DNA of 64,000 nt, taken from contig NC_042997.1 of assembly GCF_006345805.1 (NCBI RefSeq), forward strand, positions 192,820,001 through 192,884,000. Direction: 5' to 3'. The translations under genes and the position numbers were made by a program. Below the pieces are notes generated by a model. It saw only the letters and a program-made list of their open reading frames with translations, was not told where the DNA came from and did no database searches. Source of the stretch: Octopus sinensis. Taxonomy: Eukaryota. Within the stretch, counting starts at the first letter, position 1, and the number at the start of each line of letters is the position of its first letter. Shown one piece after another: positions 63,418-64,000 of this stretch.

Positions 63418-63641
63418 ATGTTACTCTTTTACTTGTTTCAGTCATTTGACTGCGGCCATGCTGCAGCACCGCCTTTAATCGAGCAACTTGACCCCGGGAC
63501 TTATTCTTTTGTAAGCCCAGTACTTATTCTATCGGTCTCTTTTACCGAACCGCTAAGTAACGGGGACATAAACACACTAGCATTGGTTGTCAAGCAATGC
63601 TAGGGGGACAAACACAGACACACAAACACACACACGCATAT

Positions 63642-63674
<33 letters not shown>

Positions 63675-63826
63675 CAACGGGCTTCTTTTCAGTTTCCGTC
63701 TACCAAATCCACTCACAAGGCTTTGGTCGGCCCGAGGCTATAGCAGAAGACACTTGCCCAAGATGCCACACAGTGGGACTGAACCCGGAACCATGTGGTT
63801 GGTAAACAAGCTACTTACCACACAGC
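63418..63826 (-). mobile_element. SINE family B, full length
   Basis: Matches the other family B copies. Confidence 0.85.
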
Positions 63827-64000
63827 TGCAGCATGTTTCATTTGTCTTGGTTAAACACTACTGGGCATGTTTTCAGCTTGAAAAAAATGGTTCTGTTTGT
63901 AGTCCTGAAAAATTTCCTACACTTTGGATTGCCCTAAAGACAACAATTAAAAGCTGCTGCATAAATATCAGTTCATAAAAGACAAAAAAACGAAAGATGG

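Overview
AT-rich, repeat-dense eukaryotic (metazoan) DNA. The SINE/LINE/MITE repertoire looks like an octopod cephalopod (Octopus-like); this is inferred from pattern recognition, not from a search. The window holds the middle of one large plus-strand WIP/verprolin gene. Three constant phase-1 exons are at 33412-33549 (GELFPGGIPKF motif), 38825-39547 (proline-rich) and 62550-62654 (WASP-binding domain). Upstream are four phase-1/phase-1 cassette-like exons that all end in a weak G|GTAT donor (1860-14376), a candidate alternative first exon contributing only ATG+A (26291-26294), and two further small candidate exons. The canonical WH2 first exon and the last exon were not found and probably lie outside the window. 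Nested in the 23-kb intron is an intact intronless 413-aa OTU-protease ORF with a PSAP motif and four PPxY motifs. The rest is tRNA-derived SINEs (called A-D here), RTE, CR1-like and R4/Dong-like LINE remnants, mariner/hAT/Tigger/piggyBac-type elements, microsatellites and a 26-bp minisatellite. The most striking unexplained structure is in three different repeat families, two of them arranged as fold-backs. Each carries a minimal hammerhead-ribozyme-like motif with the same architecture but a different Watson-Crick pair at core positions 3-8 (U-A, C-G, G-C). No rRNA, bona fide tRNA or CRISPR array is supported. Repeat coordinates without stated TSD/TIR are approximate.
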